This document shows, in pieces, positions 1 to 10,505 of a stretch of DNA of 63,300 nt. The stretch's first letter is position 1; each line of letters begins with the position of its first letter. The position numbers and the translations under genes were made by a program. The notes below the pieces were generated by a model. It worked only from the letters and a program-made list of their open reading frames with translations, was not told the origin of the DNA and made no database searches. This DNA comes from Bacteroidales bacterium (GTDB lineage Bacteria > Bacteroidota > Bacteroidia > Bacteroidales > WRLA01), in contig JAIRTP010000027.1 in assembly GCA_031254805.1 (NCBI GenBank), positions 1 through 63,300 of the forward strand, given 5' to 3'.

Positions 1-44
1 TTGGTCTAATTTTATGGTTTAGTAACGCAAAATTAGACATAAAA

Positions 45-84
45 GGGCTGACTTCCATTATCGGAAATCAGCCCTGATTTTTTG
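45..84 (+). terminator. Rho-independent terminator of a gene upstream of the window
   Basis: GGGCTGACTTCC / GGAAATCAGCCC stem with one bulge and a 6-nt loop, followed by TGATTTTTT. Confidence 0.6.
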
Positions 85-264
85 TCCTTCCCCTCAAAAT
101 GTTTACCGGACAGTAGTGACAAGAAATATAAATTTGGCGACAAGGTTTTCATTCTTTACGCCAAAAGAACAAAAGTTATTGCAGGAACGTTAAGTTTGGG
201 AAATCCTTACGACGAACATACGTTGGAAGAAGCATTGAAACAACATGAAAGACTTTACAGATAA
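82..264 (+). pseudogene. Internal fragment of a DDE (IS4/IS5-type) transposase
   Basis: 60-codon ORF with KYKFGDKV...GNPYDEHTLEEAL, resembling the conserved block of IS5-group transposases. Only about 180 nt, TTG start, no terminal repeats, no catalytic core. Confidence 0.45.
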
Positions 265-330
265 ACCGGCAAAAAATGTCCGACTATCAGAGCAAGTTTA
301 AACTTTTACAGCTAATCCTTGATGCCAAAT

Positions 331-1218
331 TTATTGATATGCTTTCTCTCGTAACGATTTAAAACCGTCGCCCAATGTTTCGCTGGCGTCAATAATCGAT
401 AAAAAGGCTTCAGGATCAATTTCATGCACTTTGTGAATCAAAGTTGGAAGTTCTTTTCGGTCGACAATCGTATAAATGATCTCTTTCTCTTTTCCGTTAT
501 ACATTCCTTCGCCTTTAATGTACGTCCCTCCGCGTCCCAACTGATGCAGAATAACATTGCGTATTTCTTCATGCTTTTCAGAAATGATAAAGACAGTTTT
601 GTCGGTTCTCAATCCGACGACTACTTTGTCGGCGACAATTCCCGTCACATAGATCACAACCCAAGAATACAACGGTATTTCCCAATCTTTAAAAGCCGCT
701 AAAGCGATTAACACAATGATAGAATCGACAATGATCAAAGATATTCCTATCGACAAGTGCGTATATTTTTGCAAGATGGAAGCTAAAATATCGGTGCCGC
801 CCGAAGTAGCTCGCGTCTTGAAGATCAATCCCAATCCCAATCCGATAAAAACGGCTCCAAATAACGACATGATAAAATAAGCCGAAGGGCTGTCGATCAA
901 CAAATCATAACCGTACAAAAATTCCAATAAAGATATCCATCCCGACAATGAGATAATTCCTACAACTGTTTTAACGCCAAATCGCGGGCCTAAAATCAAA
1001 GTTCCCAAAATCAATAACGGAACGTCCAGCGCTAATCCGGACAAGCCGATTGGGAAGCCAAACAAATGGTGTAAAATGATCGCAACGCCATAAACGCCTC
1101 CCGGAGCTAATTTCATCGGCGCAATAAATAACACAAAGCCAATTGCCATGATGAAAGTCCCCGCCACAATCTGCAAATAACTGCGAAGTTCCTTATAAAT
1201 CTTATTTTTCTTAGTCAT
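331..1218 (-). CDS. YitT-family integral membrane protein (DUF161/DUF2179)
   Basis: 295 aa. Multi-TM N-terminal part followed by a soluble C-terminal domain (GRGGTYIKGEGMY...IDPEAF), typical of YitT proteins. CAAAGGTA (-7 box on minus strand) at 1264-1271. Confidence 0.8.
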   Translation of the reverse strand: MTKKNKIYKELRSYLQIVAGTFIMAIGFVLFIAPMKLAPGGVYGVAIILHHLFGFPIGLSGLALDVPLLILGTLILGPRFGVKTVVGIISLSGWISLLEFLYGYDLLIDSPSAYFIMSLFGAVFIGLGLGLIFKTRATSGGTDILASILQKYTHLSIGISLIIVDSIIVLIALAAFKDWEIPLYSWVVIYVTGIVADKVVVGLRTDKTVFIISEKHEEIRNVILHQLGRGGTYIKGEGMYNGKEKEIIYTIVDRKELPTLIHKVHEIDPEAFLSIIDASETLGDGFKSLREKAYQ

Positions 1219-1379
1219 ATCTATTTTACAAACAGAGCCTTAACTATATCTTAATAGTTTTTGCAAAGGTACTCATTCTTTTTGGAAAAAGAAGAGATAA
1301 TTTACATTTATAAAGAATAACCGGCAACTTGAATTGAATTAATTAGCGGGAAGCAGGGATAAGATTTTTTTTAAAATCT

Positions 1380-2690
1380 CTATTCAAAGGATTTTGAAAA
1401 AATCAAAAACTTTTGATATAATTTTCTCCACTCATTAGCGTTTGATTCTCCCAAATTATCATTATGCCATAATGAGATAAAAATTCCATTGACCGATTTA
1501 ACATACTGTAATAGCAAATGAATGAGTTCGGAGGCCTCTTCGGGCGATTTTTTTAAATAACTCATCAAAGCGGCGTCCATGTAAGCAAAAGGGTGAACGA
1601 TTAATTTCGTCTCTTCATTGCACGTTAAATCAAAAAACGGAAATGGTTTCGAAGTTGACGCTCGAAACCCTGTTTGATCGGCATAACCCATTGTAAAATC
1701 GTTTGTTATGCCACTTTCAATATAGCTCTGATATGTTTTCGGAAAATCAAGCAATAAAAAATGAGAACGCGCATGAGTAATTGGAGCATTAAGTTTCTTC
1801 CCCAATAAAATGGTCTCTTTCGATAATCTTTTATCGTTGAAATGAGCGACAAAAGAGGGATGAATTCCGACAATATTTTTTTCAGAAAGCCGCCTTATCA
1901 AACAATGCAACGCTTTATTTGATGGAGATAGTCCGCGATCATGCTTGCTTTTCGGAGCAAATAAGATGAAAAAATAAGCCTCAATATGATACCGTTCATG
2001 CAGCGATTCCATAAAATCATAATTATCAAACGGATCGGGACTTTTGTCATTTAATACAGATAATCGATAACGCGTTTCTTTAAAATTCAATTTTAAAAGG
2101 CTCTTACACAAGCCGCCAAAAGTTCTCAAAAAACCTTTATGTTTAAAAGCGTAAGCATTGTCAATATCATAAGTGGCGACATATTTAAAAGCTCCTGTCT
2201 GATATGGCAACTCCGGGAAAATATTTTTCAGTTTTTCTGCAAATTTTAAGACGAGAATATCTATAAGCGGTTTCTCTAAAAAACCGGCTTTATAAGCTAA
2301 ACTTTCCGTTGCCGGAAAACGCCCGTATCGATCTTTTTGATAAGGCAAATATTCTTCATAGCGCGTAAGCAAATAAAAAGTCATTCCAAAAATATCAAAC
2401 GGAAGAAAAGAGTCCTCGCGAGGAACTTGGAAAAATACCTTTTCGCTTTCGTATTCGCTTATCCGAATCTCCTGCAGACTAATATGGTCTTCCAGCATAA
2501 TAGAATGTCGCCAAAGAAATAATTCGTCGGTAACAGGTTGTGAATCGTATGAAAATTTAGGCGTTGGAGCGGACTGAAAAGCAGATTTGGAATCAGTGAG
2601 CTGAAACGAAATGCTTAAATGTTCCTTTAGAATAACATTTAAAGTAAAAATTATACGCGAGGTTATTTTAGAAGTATAAACAGTAAGCAT
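1380..2690 (-). CDS. Polysaccharide-deacetylase-like / conserved Bacteroidota protein of unknown function
   Basis: 436-aa ORF without signal peptide. Overall pattern (ATYDIDNAYAF..., HPSF...THARSHFL) recalls the deacetylase-like proteins found beside ftsE in Bacteroidota. Family call is from memory only. Confidence 0.4.
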   Translation of the reverse strand: MLTVYTSKITSRIIFTLNVILKEHLSISFQLTDSKSAFQSAPTPKFSYDSQPVTDELFLWRHSIMLEDHISLQEIRISEYESEKVFFQVPREDSFLPFDIFGMTFYLLTRYEEYLPYQKDRYGRFPATESLAYKAGFLEKPLIDILVLKFAEKLKNIFPELPYQTGAFKYVATYDIDNAYAFKHKGFLRTFGGLCKSLLKLNFKETRYRLSVLNDKSPDPFDNYDFMESLHERYHIEAYFFILFAPKSKHDRGLSPSNKALHCLIRRLSEKNIVGIHPSFVAHFNDKRLSKETILLGKKLNAPITHARSHFLLLDFPKTYQSYIESGITNDFTMGYADQTGFRASTSKPFPFFDLTCNEETKLIVHPFAYMDAALMSYLKKSPEEASELIHLLLQYVKSVNGIFISLWHNDNLGESNANEWRKLYQKFLIFSKSFE

Positions 2691-2702
2691 TCAGCAGAAT
2701 AA

Positions 2703-3395
2703 CTACATCTCATCAAGCTGTACAAACGGAGCAATTTCATCAAGTTTGCCTTCTCTACAGCGCAAAACGCGTGCAGGAAACTCCTTGATTAAGTTGTAAT
2801 TATGAGTCGCCATGAAAACCGTCATTCCATATGCGCTCAAATCGGAGAAAATATCCATGATATCAGTAGAGGCGGCGGGATCAAGATTTCCCGTCGGTTC
2901 GTCGGCGATGATCAATTCAGGATCGTTCAATAAAGCGCGCGCAATAGCGGCTCTTTGCTGTTCTCCGCCCGAAAGTTGATGCGGCATTTTATTTTCCGAA
3001 CCGCGCAAACAAACCTTTGCCAATACTTCCTTAATACGCTCTTCCATTTCAGTTTTATTGTTCCATTGCGTAGCGCGCAACACAAAAAGCAGATTTTCTC
3101 TCAATGTTCGATCGGCCAACAATTGAAAATCTTGAAATACAACGCCCGCTTTACGGCGCAAAAACGGGATATTTTTCCTTTTAATATCTCGTAATTTATA
3201 ACCGCACGCCATGGCAAATCCTCTTTTCAAAGGAAGGTCGGCGTAAATTGTTTTCAATAAACTGCTTTTTCCCGAAGCGGTCTTTCCGATCAGATAGACA
3301 AATTCCCCTTTTTGTATCTCAAAAGTAACGCCCGAGAGAATGGTTATCTCTCTTTGGCAAATATCCGCATTTTCAAATTGAATGACCGTTTCCAT
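2703..3395 (-). CDS. ftsE: FtsE-like cell-division ABC transporter ATP-binding protein
   Basis: Walker A GKTASGKSS, ABC signature LSGGEQQR, Walker B LIIADEPTGNLD. 230 aa. Confidence 0.8.
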   Translation of the reverse strand: METVIQFENADICQREITILSGVTFEIQKGEFVYLIGKTASGKSSLLKTIYADLPLKRGFAMACGYKLRDIKRKNIPFLRRKAGVVFQDFQLLADRTLRENLLFVLRATQWNNKTEMEERIKEVLAKVCLRGSENKMPHQLSGGEQQRAAIARALLNDPELIIADEPTGNLDPAASTDIMDIFSDLSAYGMTVFMATHNYNLIKEFPARVLRCREGKLDEIAPFVQLDEM

Positions 3396-3475
3396 GGGAG
3401 AAAGGCTTTTATCAATCGAAAAAATCCAAGATTGAAAACCGGATCATTCAAACCTTGAACTTTTCCAATCGCTTG

Positions 3476-3865
3476 TTATTTATATTGTTGCATTTTTGCT
3501 TCCATACTCAAAGTCGCATGAGGAACACTTCTCAAACGCTCCTTAGGAATTAATTTTCCTGTTTCACGACAAATTCCGTATGTTTTATTTTCAATGCGAA
3601 TCAATGCGTTCTCCAGATTTGTGATGAATTTTTGCTGACGAGCGGCCATACGGCTGTTTTCCTCTTTTGACATCACTTGATTACCTTCTTCTAAAATTTT
3701 GAAAGTAGGCGATGTATCTAACGTGTCTTGCTCATTACCAACGGAATATGCGTCAGTAAGCATTTTCAAATCCGCTTTCGCCTTTTTTAATCTTTCCATA
3801 ATAATGTGACGGAATTCTTCTAATTCTTCATCCGAATAACGAACTTTTTCATTTTTAGCGTCCAT
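3476..3865 (-). CDS. DksA/TraR-family regulator
   Basis: Coiled-coil N-terminal part plus C-terminal YGICRETGKLIPKERL motif. Start moved to MDAKNEK (3865) because the longer ORF overlaps the ileS stop. The ileS-dksA arrangement is typical of Bacteroidota. Confidence 0.7.
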   Translation of the reverse strand: MDAKNEKVRYSDEELEEFRHIIMERLKKAKADLKMLTDAYSVGNEQDTLDTSPTFKILEEGNQVMSKEENSRMAARQQKFITNLENALIRIENKTYGICRETGKLIPKERLRSVPHATLSMEAKMQQYK

Positions 3866-3908
3866 AATATACCTCCTTTTTTCTAAATATATACGACTCT
3901 TAAAAGTT

Positions 3909-6900
3909 TTATATTTTCTCAATTTTTAATTTTATCTTTATCTCGTCGGAAATCTCAACATCGTGAATTTGACCCTCTTCCAACCTATCATTCCAATTCA
4001 GTTCCCCGACTAAAGTCTCGGAGCAAATATATGCTTTATTATTTTCAACCGCGACGAAAATTTCATCTCGTTTTTCAACAGTTAAGCGAATTTTATCAGT
4101 CACCTCAAATCCGGTCTCTTTTCTGAGATTTTGAATACGGTTAACCATATCGCGCGCAATCCCCTCTTGATACAACAGTTCCGTTATGGTAACGTCTAAC
4201 GCTATGGTAACGCCATTTTCCGATGCGACAACCCAACCCGGAATATCTTCAGTAAGGATTTCAACATCTTCAAGTAACAATTCTATCGTTTCGTTGTCGA
4301 TATTTAACTTGATTGAACGCTCTTTTTCGAATTTTGCAATGGTCTCTTGATCCATTTTTGCAATGTCTGCGCTGATCGCTTTCATTGCTTGGCCATATTT
4401 CGGCCCTAAAATTTTAAAATTCGGTTTTATCTTTTTTATCAACTTGTTTGACTCTTCCGTGAGATATTCAATCTCTTTGATATTCACTTCGCTTTTGATC
4501 AAATTTTCAACTGCTTGAATCTGCTCCGTCTGTTTTTGATCAACAACGGGAATCATTATTTTTTGCAGCGGTTGGCGAACTCGAATATTATTCTTTTTAC
4601 GCAACGACAAAGTGAGCGAACAGATATTTTGCGCCAATTGCATTCGGCGTTCCAGATCTTTGTCGATCATGGCGTCGACGGCGACAGGCATCTTTGTAAG
4701 ATGTACGGAATTTTCTTTAAATCGTCCGGTTGCCGAGTTCAAATCGGAGAAAAGCCTGTCCATATAGAACGGAGCAATCGGAGCGGCCAATCTTGCAATC
4801 GTTTCCAAACAAGTATATAAAGTTTGATAAGCCGAAATTTTATCTTCCGAATAACCTCCATGCCAAAAACGGCGGCGACAGAGACGAACATACCAATTGC
4901 TTAAATAATCATTTACAAAATTGGCAATAGAGCGCCCGGCTTGCGTCGGTTCGTAATGATCGAATGAAACGTTGACATTTTTAATCAACGTATTTAATTC
5001 CGACAATATCCATCGATCGATTTCCGGACGTTTGTTCAATGCAATATCCGGCTCGGAATAGGTAAATCCGTCGATATTTGCATAAAGGGCAAAGAAAGAA
5101 TAAGTATTGTAGAGCGTTCCAAAGAATTTTTTACGCGTTTCATCAACGCCGCTCACATCAAATTTCAAATTGTCCCATGGTTGCGAATTGGCGATCATAT
5201 ACCAACGCACAGCATCAGGGCCGAATTTCTCAATCACTTCAAACGGGTCGACGCCATTTCCTAAACTCTTGGACATCTTATTGCCGTTCTTATCCAGTAC
5301 CAATCCGTTCGATATAACCGTTTTGAATGAAATGGAGTCGCTGATCATCGTAGAAATAGCGTGTAACGTGAAAAACCATCCGCGCGTTTGATCGACTCCT
5401 TCTGCAATAAAATCAGCCGGAAAAGAGTCGGCAATACTGTTTTTCGGATAATAATATTGCGCATAAGGCATGGCTCCGCTATCAAACCAAACGTCGATTA
5501 AATCGGCTTCGCGCGTCATCTTTTTCCCTTTTGACGACACCAAAACGACATTGTCAATATAAGGGCGATGAAGATCAAAATCTTCATAGTTTTCTGACTT
5601 ATAAGGATTTTCTGTCATAAATCCGGCAACTATCGCTTTATCGATCTCTGCGCGCAATTGCGCTACGGAAGCTATACAAATCTCTTCATCTCCATCTTCC
5701 GTGCGCCAAATCGGCAACGGCGTTCCCCAATAACGCGAACGCGACAAGTTCCAATCCACCAAATTTTCCAACCAATTGCCGAAACGTCCTGTTCCGGTAG
5801 ATTCCGGTTTCCAATTGATCGTCTTGTTTAGTTCGATCATGCGATCTTTAATTGCCGTCGTTCGAATAAACCAACTATCTAACGGATAGTAGAGCACCGG
5901 TTTATTGGTTCTCCAACAATGCGGATAATTGTGGACGTGCTTTTCTATTTTGAACGCTTTATTCTGCGCTTTCAACATAACGGCGATCTCCACGTCCAAA
6001 GATTCGTCTTGCTCCGTAAGATGCTCGCTGTAACTGTTTTTCACAAACTTGCCTGCAAAATCTTTGTACAGGTCAACATTAACGCGGATTTTGACAAACT
6101 CCGGATCTAAATCTTCTAAGGCGTAAAATTTACCGGTACGATCGACCATCGGTTGATTTTTCCCTTCCGCATCGACCATAAACAACGGCGGTACGCCCGC
6201 TTGTTTCGCTACGCGGTCGTCGTCGGCTCCAAAAGTAGGCGCAATGTGAACGATTCCTGTTCCGTCTTCAGTCGTGACATAATCTCCGGCAATAACGCGA
6301 AAAGCTCCCTCGCCCGGATTTACCCAAGGAATAAGTTGCTCATATTCCATATCGATAAGATTAATCCCTTTTGTCTCCGCCAATACTTTGAAAGGTATAT
6401 GCTTATCTCCTTTTTTATAATCTTCAAAACTTAACTCTGCATTTTTTTCCGGAAATAACGTATTCAACAAAGCTTTCGCCATGACGATCATGACCGGATC
6501 GCCCGAATACGGATTCATCGTACGAACTAAAACATAATCAATATTCGGCCCGACGGCTAAAGCGGTATTCGACGGCAATGTCCAAGGCGTTGTCGTCCAA
6601 GCCAAGAAATAAAGATTATCAGGCATTTTGGAAGGATCTCCCTCAAATCCCCAAGGACATTTGCTTATTTTTTGCTCAATTTTTTGCTTGAACATAGCGA
6701 CGCAAGTAGTGTCTTTCACGTCCTTATAACATCCGGGCATATTCAACTCATGCGAACTCAGTCCCGTTCCCGCAGCAGGAGAATAAGGCTGGATCGTATA
6801 CCCTTTATAAAGCAGTCCTTTTTTATAAATTTCTGATAATAAAAACCATAAACTCTCTATATATTCATTTTTAAAGGTAATGTATGGATCGGAAAGATCT

Positions 6901-7331
6901 ACCCAATAACCAATCTTTTGAGTAAGATCGTCCCACATATCCTTATATCTCATTACCTCTTCACGACATGCTTTATTATAATCTTCGACCGATATTTTTT
7001 TACCGATATCTTCTTTGGTAATACCTAATTTTTGTTCCACGCTCAATTCGACCGGCAAACCATGCGTATCCCATCCCGCTTTTCTTTTCACGTAGAACCC
7101 TTTTTGAGTTTTATAACGGCAAATAATATCTTTAATAGCGCGCGCCATGACGTGATGAATGCCCGGTTGACCATTAGCCGAAGGCGGCCCTTCGTAAAAA
7201 ATATATGACGGATTTTGCTCATTCAGGCGCAAACTTCTCTCAAAAGTATTCTCAGTTTCCCATTGTTTGCCTACCTCTTTGCCAATTTCCACAAGGTTTA
7301 ACCCTTTATATTCAGCATACTTTTTCTTCAT
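3909..7331 (-). CDS. ileS: Isoleucine--tRNA ligase (long type)
   Basis: 1140 aa. HIGH-type motif PSANGQPGIHHV, KMSKS motif present, strong class-I aaRS pattern. -7 box CAAAGGTA at 7367-7374. Confidence 0.97.
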   Translation of the reverse strand: MKKKYAEYKGLNLVEIGKEVGKQWETENTFERSLRLNEQNPSYIFYEGPPSANGQPGIHHVMARAIKDIICRYKTQKGFYVKRKAGWDTHGLPVELSVEQKLGITKEDIGKKISVEDYNKACREEVMRYKDMWDDLTQKIGYWVDLSDPYITFKNEYIESLWFLLSEIYKKGLLYKGYTIQPYSPAAGTGLSSHELNMPGCYKDVKDTTCVAMFKQKIEQKISKCPWGFEGDPSKMPDNLYFLAWTTTPWTLPSNTALAVGPNIDYVLVRTMNPYSGDPVMIVMAKALLNTLFPEKNAELSFEDYKKGDKHIPFKVLAETKGINLIDMEYEQLIPWVNPGEGAFRVIAGDYVTTEDGTGIVHIAPTFGADDDRVAKQAGVPPLFMVDAEGKNQPMVDRTGKFYALEDLDPEFVKIRVNVDLYKDFAGKFVKNSYSEHLTEQDESLDVEIAVMLKAQNKAFKIEKHVHNYPHCWRTNKPVLYYPLDSWFIRTTAIKDRMIELNKTINWKPESTGTGRFGNWLENLVDWNLSRSRYWGTPLPIWRTEDGDEEICIASVAQLRAEIDKAIVAGFMTENPYKSENYEDFDLHRPYIDNVVLVSSKGKKMTREADLIDVWFDSGAMPYAQYYYPKNSIADSFPADFIAEGVDQTRGWFFTLHAISTMISDSISFKTVISNGLVLDKNGNKMSKSLGNGVDPFEVIEKFGPDAVRWYMIANSQPWDNLKFDVSGVDETRKKFFGTLYNTYSFFALYANIDGFTYSEPDIALNKRPEIDRWILSELNTLIKNVNVSFDHYEPTQAGRSIANFVNDYLSNWYVRLCRRRFWHGGYSEDKISAYQTLYTCLETIARLAAPIAPFYMDRLFSDLNSATGRFKENSVHLTKMPVAVDAMIDKDLERRMQLAQNICSLTLSLRKKNNIRVRQPLQKIMIPVVDQKQTEQIQAVENLIKSEVNIKEIEYLTEESNKLIKKIKPNFKILGPKYGQAMKAISADIAKMDQETIAKFEKERSIKLNIDNETIELLLEDVEILTEDIPGWVVASENGVTIALDVTITELLYQEGIARDMVNRIQNLRKETGFEVTDKIRLTVEKRDEIFVAVENNKAYICSETLVGELNWNDRLEEGQIHDVEISDEIKIKLKIEKI

Positions 7332-7621
7332 ACATTTTATTTCTTAAGAATTTGAAAAAGAGAGTGCAAAGGTACAAAAAATAAGCGTTAGTTTATATGA
7401 TATCCGAAAGAAATATTTTGACGGAGCAATCAAATAGCAAATTTTGCTTTTCCGAATTCAGACGTCAAATTTGTGCCGTTACAGCAAAAATGAAATGATT
7501 CTATCAAGCCGCTGCATCGGGTATTAAATTTATAGATTTGCGCAAATTTTGAAGAATCATATTTTGAATTAAAATATTACGTAATTTTGCAAAAAGGTTT
7601 AACTTTGGTAGAAAGTCATAT

Positions 7622-7897
7622 ATGATGGAGCCGTCAGAAGTTATTGTCAGGATAGAAGCTAAAATTAAAAGCATCAAAGATCGGGTGCTTGCATTGCAAG
7701 CGGAGAATAAAACGCTCTCCGAGCAAGTAATTTTACTGACAAAAGACTTGGATGCTAAAAAAGCCTTGATAAGCAAATATGAACAAGATCAATATATAGA
7801 ACAAATAAATAATAACAACGGAAGCGAAAAAGCAAAACAGATAGTAGAGGAGATGTTGCGGGAGATTGACAAATGTATCGTACTTCTTAACAAGTGA
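7622..7897 (+). CDS. Small coiled-coil protein (ZapB-like position upstream of zapA)
   Basis: 91 aa, heptad-rich (LALQAENKTLSEQVILLTKDLDAKKALISKYE). TAATTTTG box at about 7580. Function inferred from position only. Confidence 0.45.
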   Translation: MMEPSEVIVRIEAKIKSIKDRVLALQAENKTLSEQVILLTKDLDAKKALISKYEQDQYIEQINNNNGSEKAKQIVEEMLREIDKCIVLLNK

Positions 7898-7922
7898 TAC
7901 TTGTAAAACAATAATAATTGGG

Positions 7923-8216
7923 ATGGATCAAACAAAGGAAGTGTTTACCATTGCAGATCGTTCTTACAGATTGGTGGTTAACCCCAATGAAAAGGAGATT
8001 TTTGAAGAAGCCGTACGGCAAATTAATCTGCATATAAAAAAATATGCGGAGCATTACGCTTATAACGACCGGCAAGATTTATTGTCGATGGTTGCATTGC
8101 AGTATTCGGTCGAATCTTTACATTTAAAAAAATCACAAAAAGAGTTAGCCTTGAACAACAATTTGACGGAAGAATTGTTATTAAATATAGAGAAGATACT
8201 TGACGAAGTACTTTAA
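7923..8216 (+). CDS. zapA: Cell division protein ZapA
   Basis: 97 aa from MDQTKEVFTIADRSYRLVV. ZapA-like N-terminal beta region plus C-terminal coiled coil. The longer ORF start is rejected because it overlaps the upstream gene. Confidence 0.7.
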   Translation: MDQTKEVFTIADRSYRLVVNPNEKEIFEEAVRQINLHIKKYAEHYAYNDRQDLLSMVALQYSVESLHLKKSQKELALNNNLTEELLLNIEKILDEVL

Positions 8217-8252
8217 CAATTTGAGCGTTCTTTGATTAAAAAAATAATATTG

Positions 8253-8451
8253 CCCGCGTACTCATAAGCAGTTGGTAAACTCATCAATTAATTAACAATC
8301 AGCAGAGTATACTTTGAAATTGTACGAAAGGCCTCCCCTTGCTTGCAAGGTTCTGCATATTGCAGACAGTGGACTTCGAAAAATTTCCGGATCTCTAAAC
8401 ATGCTTTCTGGAGTTTACTTCATACTCCGATCTGATGCGCGGGTTTTTTTT
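8253..8451 (+). ncRNA. ssrS: Candidate 6S-like RNA, or alternatively a structured rny leader
   Basis: CCCGCG (8253-8258) pairs with CGCGGG (8438-8443), followed by T8. Apical hairpin CCTTGC-TT-GCAAGG (8337-8350) sits at the midpoint. Further arm pairings are GTAAACTC/GAGTTTAC and GAAATT/AATTTC. Small 3'-side hairpin CTGCA-TAT-TGCAG. Location directly after zapA. Confidence 0.45.
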
Positions 8452-8487
8452 GCTTTTTACAGCTTCCCACTAAATATAAATAGATTT

Positions 8488-10038
8488 ATGGGATATACAA
8501 CTATTATTTTAACAATTATCATTGGAATCGCGGCTTTAGCTGCCGGCTATTTTTTGGGAAGTTTTTTATCGAAAAAGTTAGCGACGGGAAAAAGTTGTCA
8601 AATCATCAAAGAAGCTGAAGAAAAAGCGGAGGTGATCAAAAAAGAGAAAGAGTTGCAAGTAAAAGAAAAATATCTGCAACTCAAGTCGGAACATGAACGA
8701 ACCGCCAATGAAAAAAATCGTCAAATCCAAAACGAAGAGAATCGCCTCCGTCAAAAAGAGACCTTTATTAATTCCAAACAACAAGAGATTGTTCAAAAAA
8801 CGAACGAACTCAATCAACAAAAAAATTCTTTAGAACAACGCATTACGGCTCTCAACAAGAAAGCAGAAGAGTTGGGCAAAGCAGAAGCGATACAACGCAA
8901 GCAACTTGAGGCCATCTCAGGATTGACCGTTGAACAAGCTCGCGAACAATTAACCGCCAGTATCAAAGATGAAGCGAAAGCAGAAGCAATGTCTTATGTA
9001 AAAGAGGTTATGGAGGAGGCCAAACTTACGGCCAGCAACGACGCCAAAAAACTTCTCATTGAAACCATGCAACGCACCGCTTCGGAACAAGCTATTGAAA
9101 ATACGGTTTCTGTTTTCAATATTGAAAACGACGAAGTGAAAGGTAGAATTATTGGACGCGAAGGGCGCAATATTCGCGCTTTAGAATCTTTGACCGGAGT
9201 CGAAATCATTATCGACGATACGCCGGACGCTATTATTCTTTCCTCTTTCGATCCGATCCGTCGCGAAGTAGCTCGTTTGTCGTTACACAAATTGGTATCC
9301 GACGGTCGTATACATCCCGCTCGTATTGAAGAAGTTGTCGCTAAAACGCAAAAACAAGTAGAGCAAGAGTTGATGGAGGTTGGGAAACGCACCTGCATTG
9401 ATTTGGGCGTTCATGGATTAGCTCTTGAGTTGGTTCGTCTGATCGGAAAAATGAAATACCGTTCATCGTATGGTCAAAATTTATTGAGTCACTCCAAAGA
9501 AGTCGCGCGCCTCTGCGGAACAATGGCGGCGGAACTTGGCCTTAATGCAAAAAAAGCAAGGCGCGCCGGATTGTTGCACGATATCGGAAAAGTAGCCGAT
9601 ACCGAATCCGATCAACCTCATGCGCCTCTCGGCGCTAAAATTGCCGAGAAATATAAAGAAAAGCCGGACATTTGCAACGCTATCGGAGCGCACCATGAAG
9701 AGATGGAGATGGAAACCGTTTTAGCTCCGATCGTTCAGATTTGCGACTCCATTTCGGCGGCGCGCCCCGGCGCCCGCAGAGAAGTCGTAGAAGCTTATAT
9801 TCAACGTCTCAATAAGTTAGAGCAAATAGCGCAAGAATATCCGGGCGTTGTTAAAACATTCGCTATTCAGGCAGGACGCGAGTTGAGAGTGGTTGTCGGA
9901 GCGGATAAAGTATCCGACGACGAGATTACGCAACTGTCGTTCGACCTTTCTAAAAAGATACAGGACGAAATGACTTATCCCGGACAAATTAAAATTACCG
10001 TCATCCGGGAAACGCGCGCCGTAGCATTTGCGAAATAA
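8488..10038 (+). CDS. rny: Ribonuclease Y
   Basis: 516 aa from [13 protein letters not shown] (N-terminal TM helix). Coiled coil, KH domain ([15 protein letters not shown]) and HD domain (LLHDIGK) are all present. Confidence 0.95.
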   Translation: MGYTTIILTIIIGIAALAAGYFLGSFLSKKLATGKSCQIIKEAEEKAEVIKKEKELQVKEKYLQLKSEHERTANEKNRQIQNEENRLRQKETFINSKQQEIVQKTNELNQQKNSLEQRITALNKKAEELGKAEAIQRKQLEAISGLTVEQAREQLTASIKDEAKAEAMSYVKEVMEEAKLTASNDAKKLLIETMQRTASEQAIENTVSVFNIENDEVKGRIIGREGRNIRALESLTGVEIIIDDTPDAIILSSFDPIRREVARLSLHKLVSDGRIHPARIEEVVAKTQKQVEQELMEVGKRTCIDLGVHGLALELVRLIGKMKYRSSYGQNLLSHSKEVARLCGTMAAELGLNAKKARRAGLLHDIGKVADTESDQPHAPLGAKIAEKYKEKPDICNAIGAHHEEMEMETVLAPIVQICDSISAARPGARREVVEAYIQRLNKLEQIAQEYPGVVKTFAIQAGRELRVVVGADKVSDDEITQLSFDLSKKIQDEMTYPGQIKITVIRETRAVAFAK

Positions 10039-10183
10039 AAGGCGACGCATTAATCGTCATTTTAAAATGGGCATTATATTCTCAAACAATAAAAACCCGC
10101 AATAATTCCCTGCTCCAGATAAAAACATCTCGTCAATGCGAGATGTTTTTTATTGAGATAATTCTTAAAATTTTTTACCTTTA
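9839..10183 (+). repeat. Left copy of a roughly 345-bp direct repeat (rny 3' end, terminator, promoter region)
   Basis: Aligns by eye with 12399-12745 with about 20 substitutions or indels. Confidence 0.9.
10122..10151 (+). terminator. rny intrinsic terminator
   Basis: AAAACATCTCG-TCAATG-CGAGATGTTTT followed by a T-run. Confidence 0.8.
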
Positions 10184-10372
10184 CGACACATAAAAGGATA
10201 TATCTATTTTCAAAATTTCTGCAATACGCTGCAATCTATCAATCTTGGAAATTATTGCGCCGCTTTCTATTCGTGCATAAGTGGACTGGGATATTCCCAA
10301 TTCTTGAGCCGCGTACTCTTGAGAATAATTTCTTAACTCTCTTATTTGCTTAATATTACTACCCATATTCAT
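10181..10372 (-). CDS. XRE-family helix-turn-helix protein (64 aa)
   Basis: IKQIRELRNYSQEYAAQELGISQSTYARIESG is a canonical HTH_3 pattern. CAAAAATA (TATTTTTG on minus strand) at 10391-10398 about 20 nt upstream. Confidence 0.8.
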   Translation of the reverse strand: MNMGSNIKQIRELRNYSQEYAAQELGISQSTYARIESGAIISKIDRLQRIAEILKIDISFYVS

Positions 10373-10505
10373 TTTCGTATAAATTATGTCCAAAAATAAT
10401 AAATTATTCGTAAAATGCATAGAAAGTAAAAAAAATATCGCCTACTTTCGTTAAAAGTATTAAAGTCAAATTGAATACAAAGTAAAACATAAAACAAAAA
10501 TTGAA

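Noticed and set aside
8314-8487. N-terminal extension of the rny ORF (574-aa version in the track)
   Set aside because: The extension has no RNase Y similarity and runs through the long hairpin and T8 terminator-like element. The canonical N-terminal TM helix begins at the ATG at 8488.
9817-10050. Paired antisense ORFs 9817-10050 and 12329-12610 with near-identical products
   Set aside because: Their similarity simply reflects the duplicated rny 3' segment. They lie antisense to rny coding sequence and show no independent signals.
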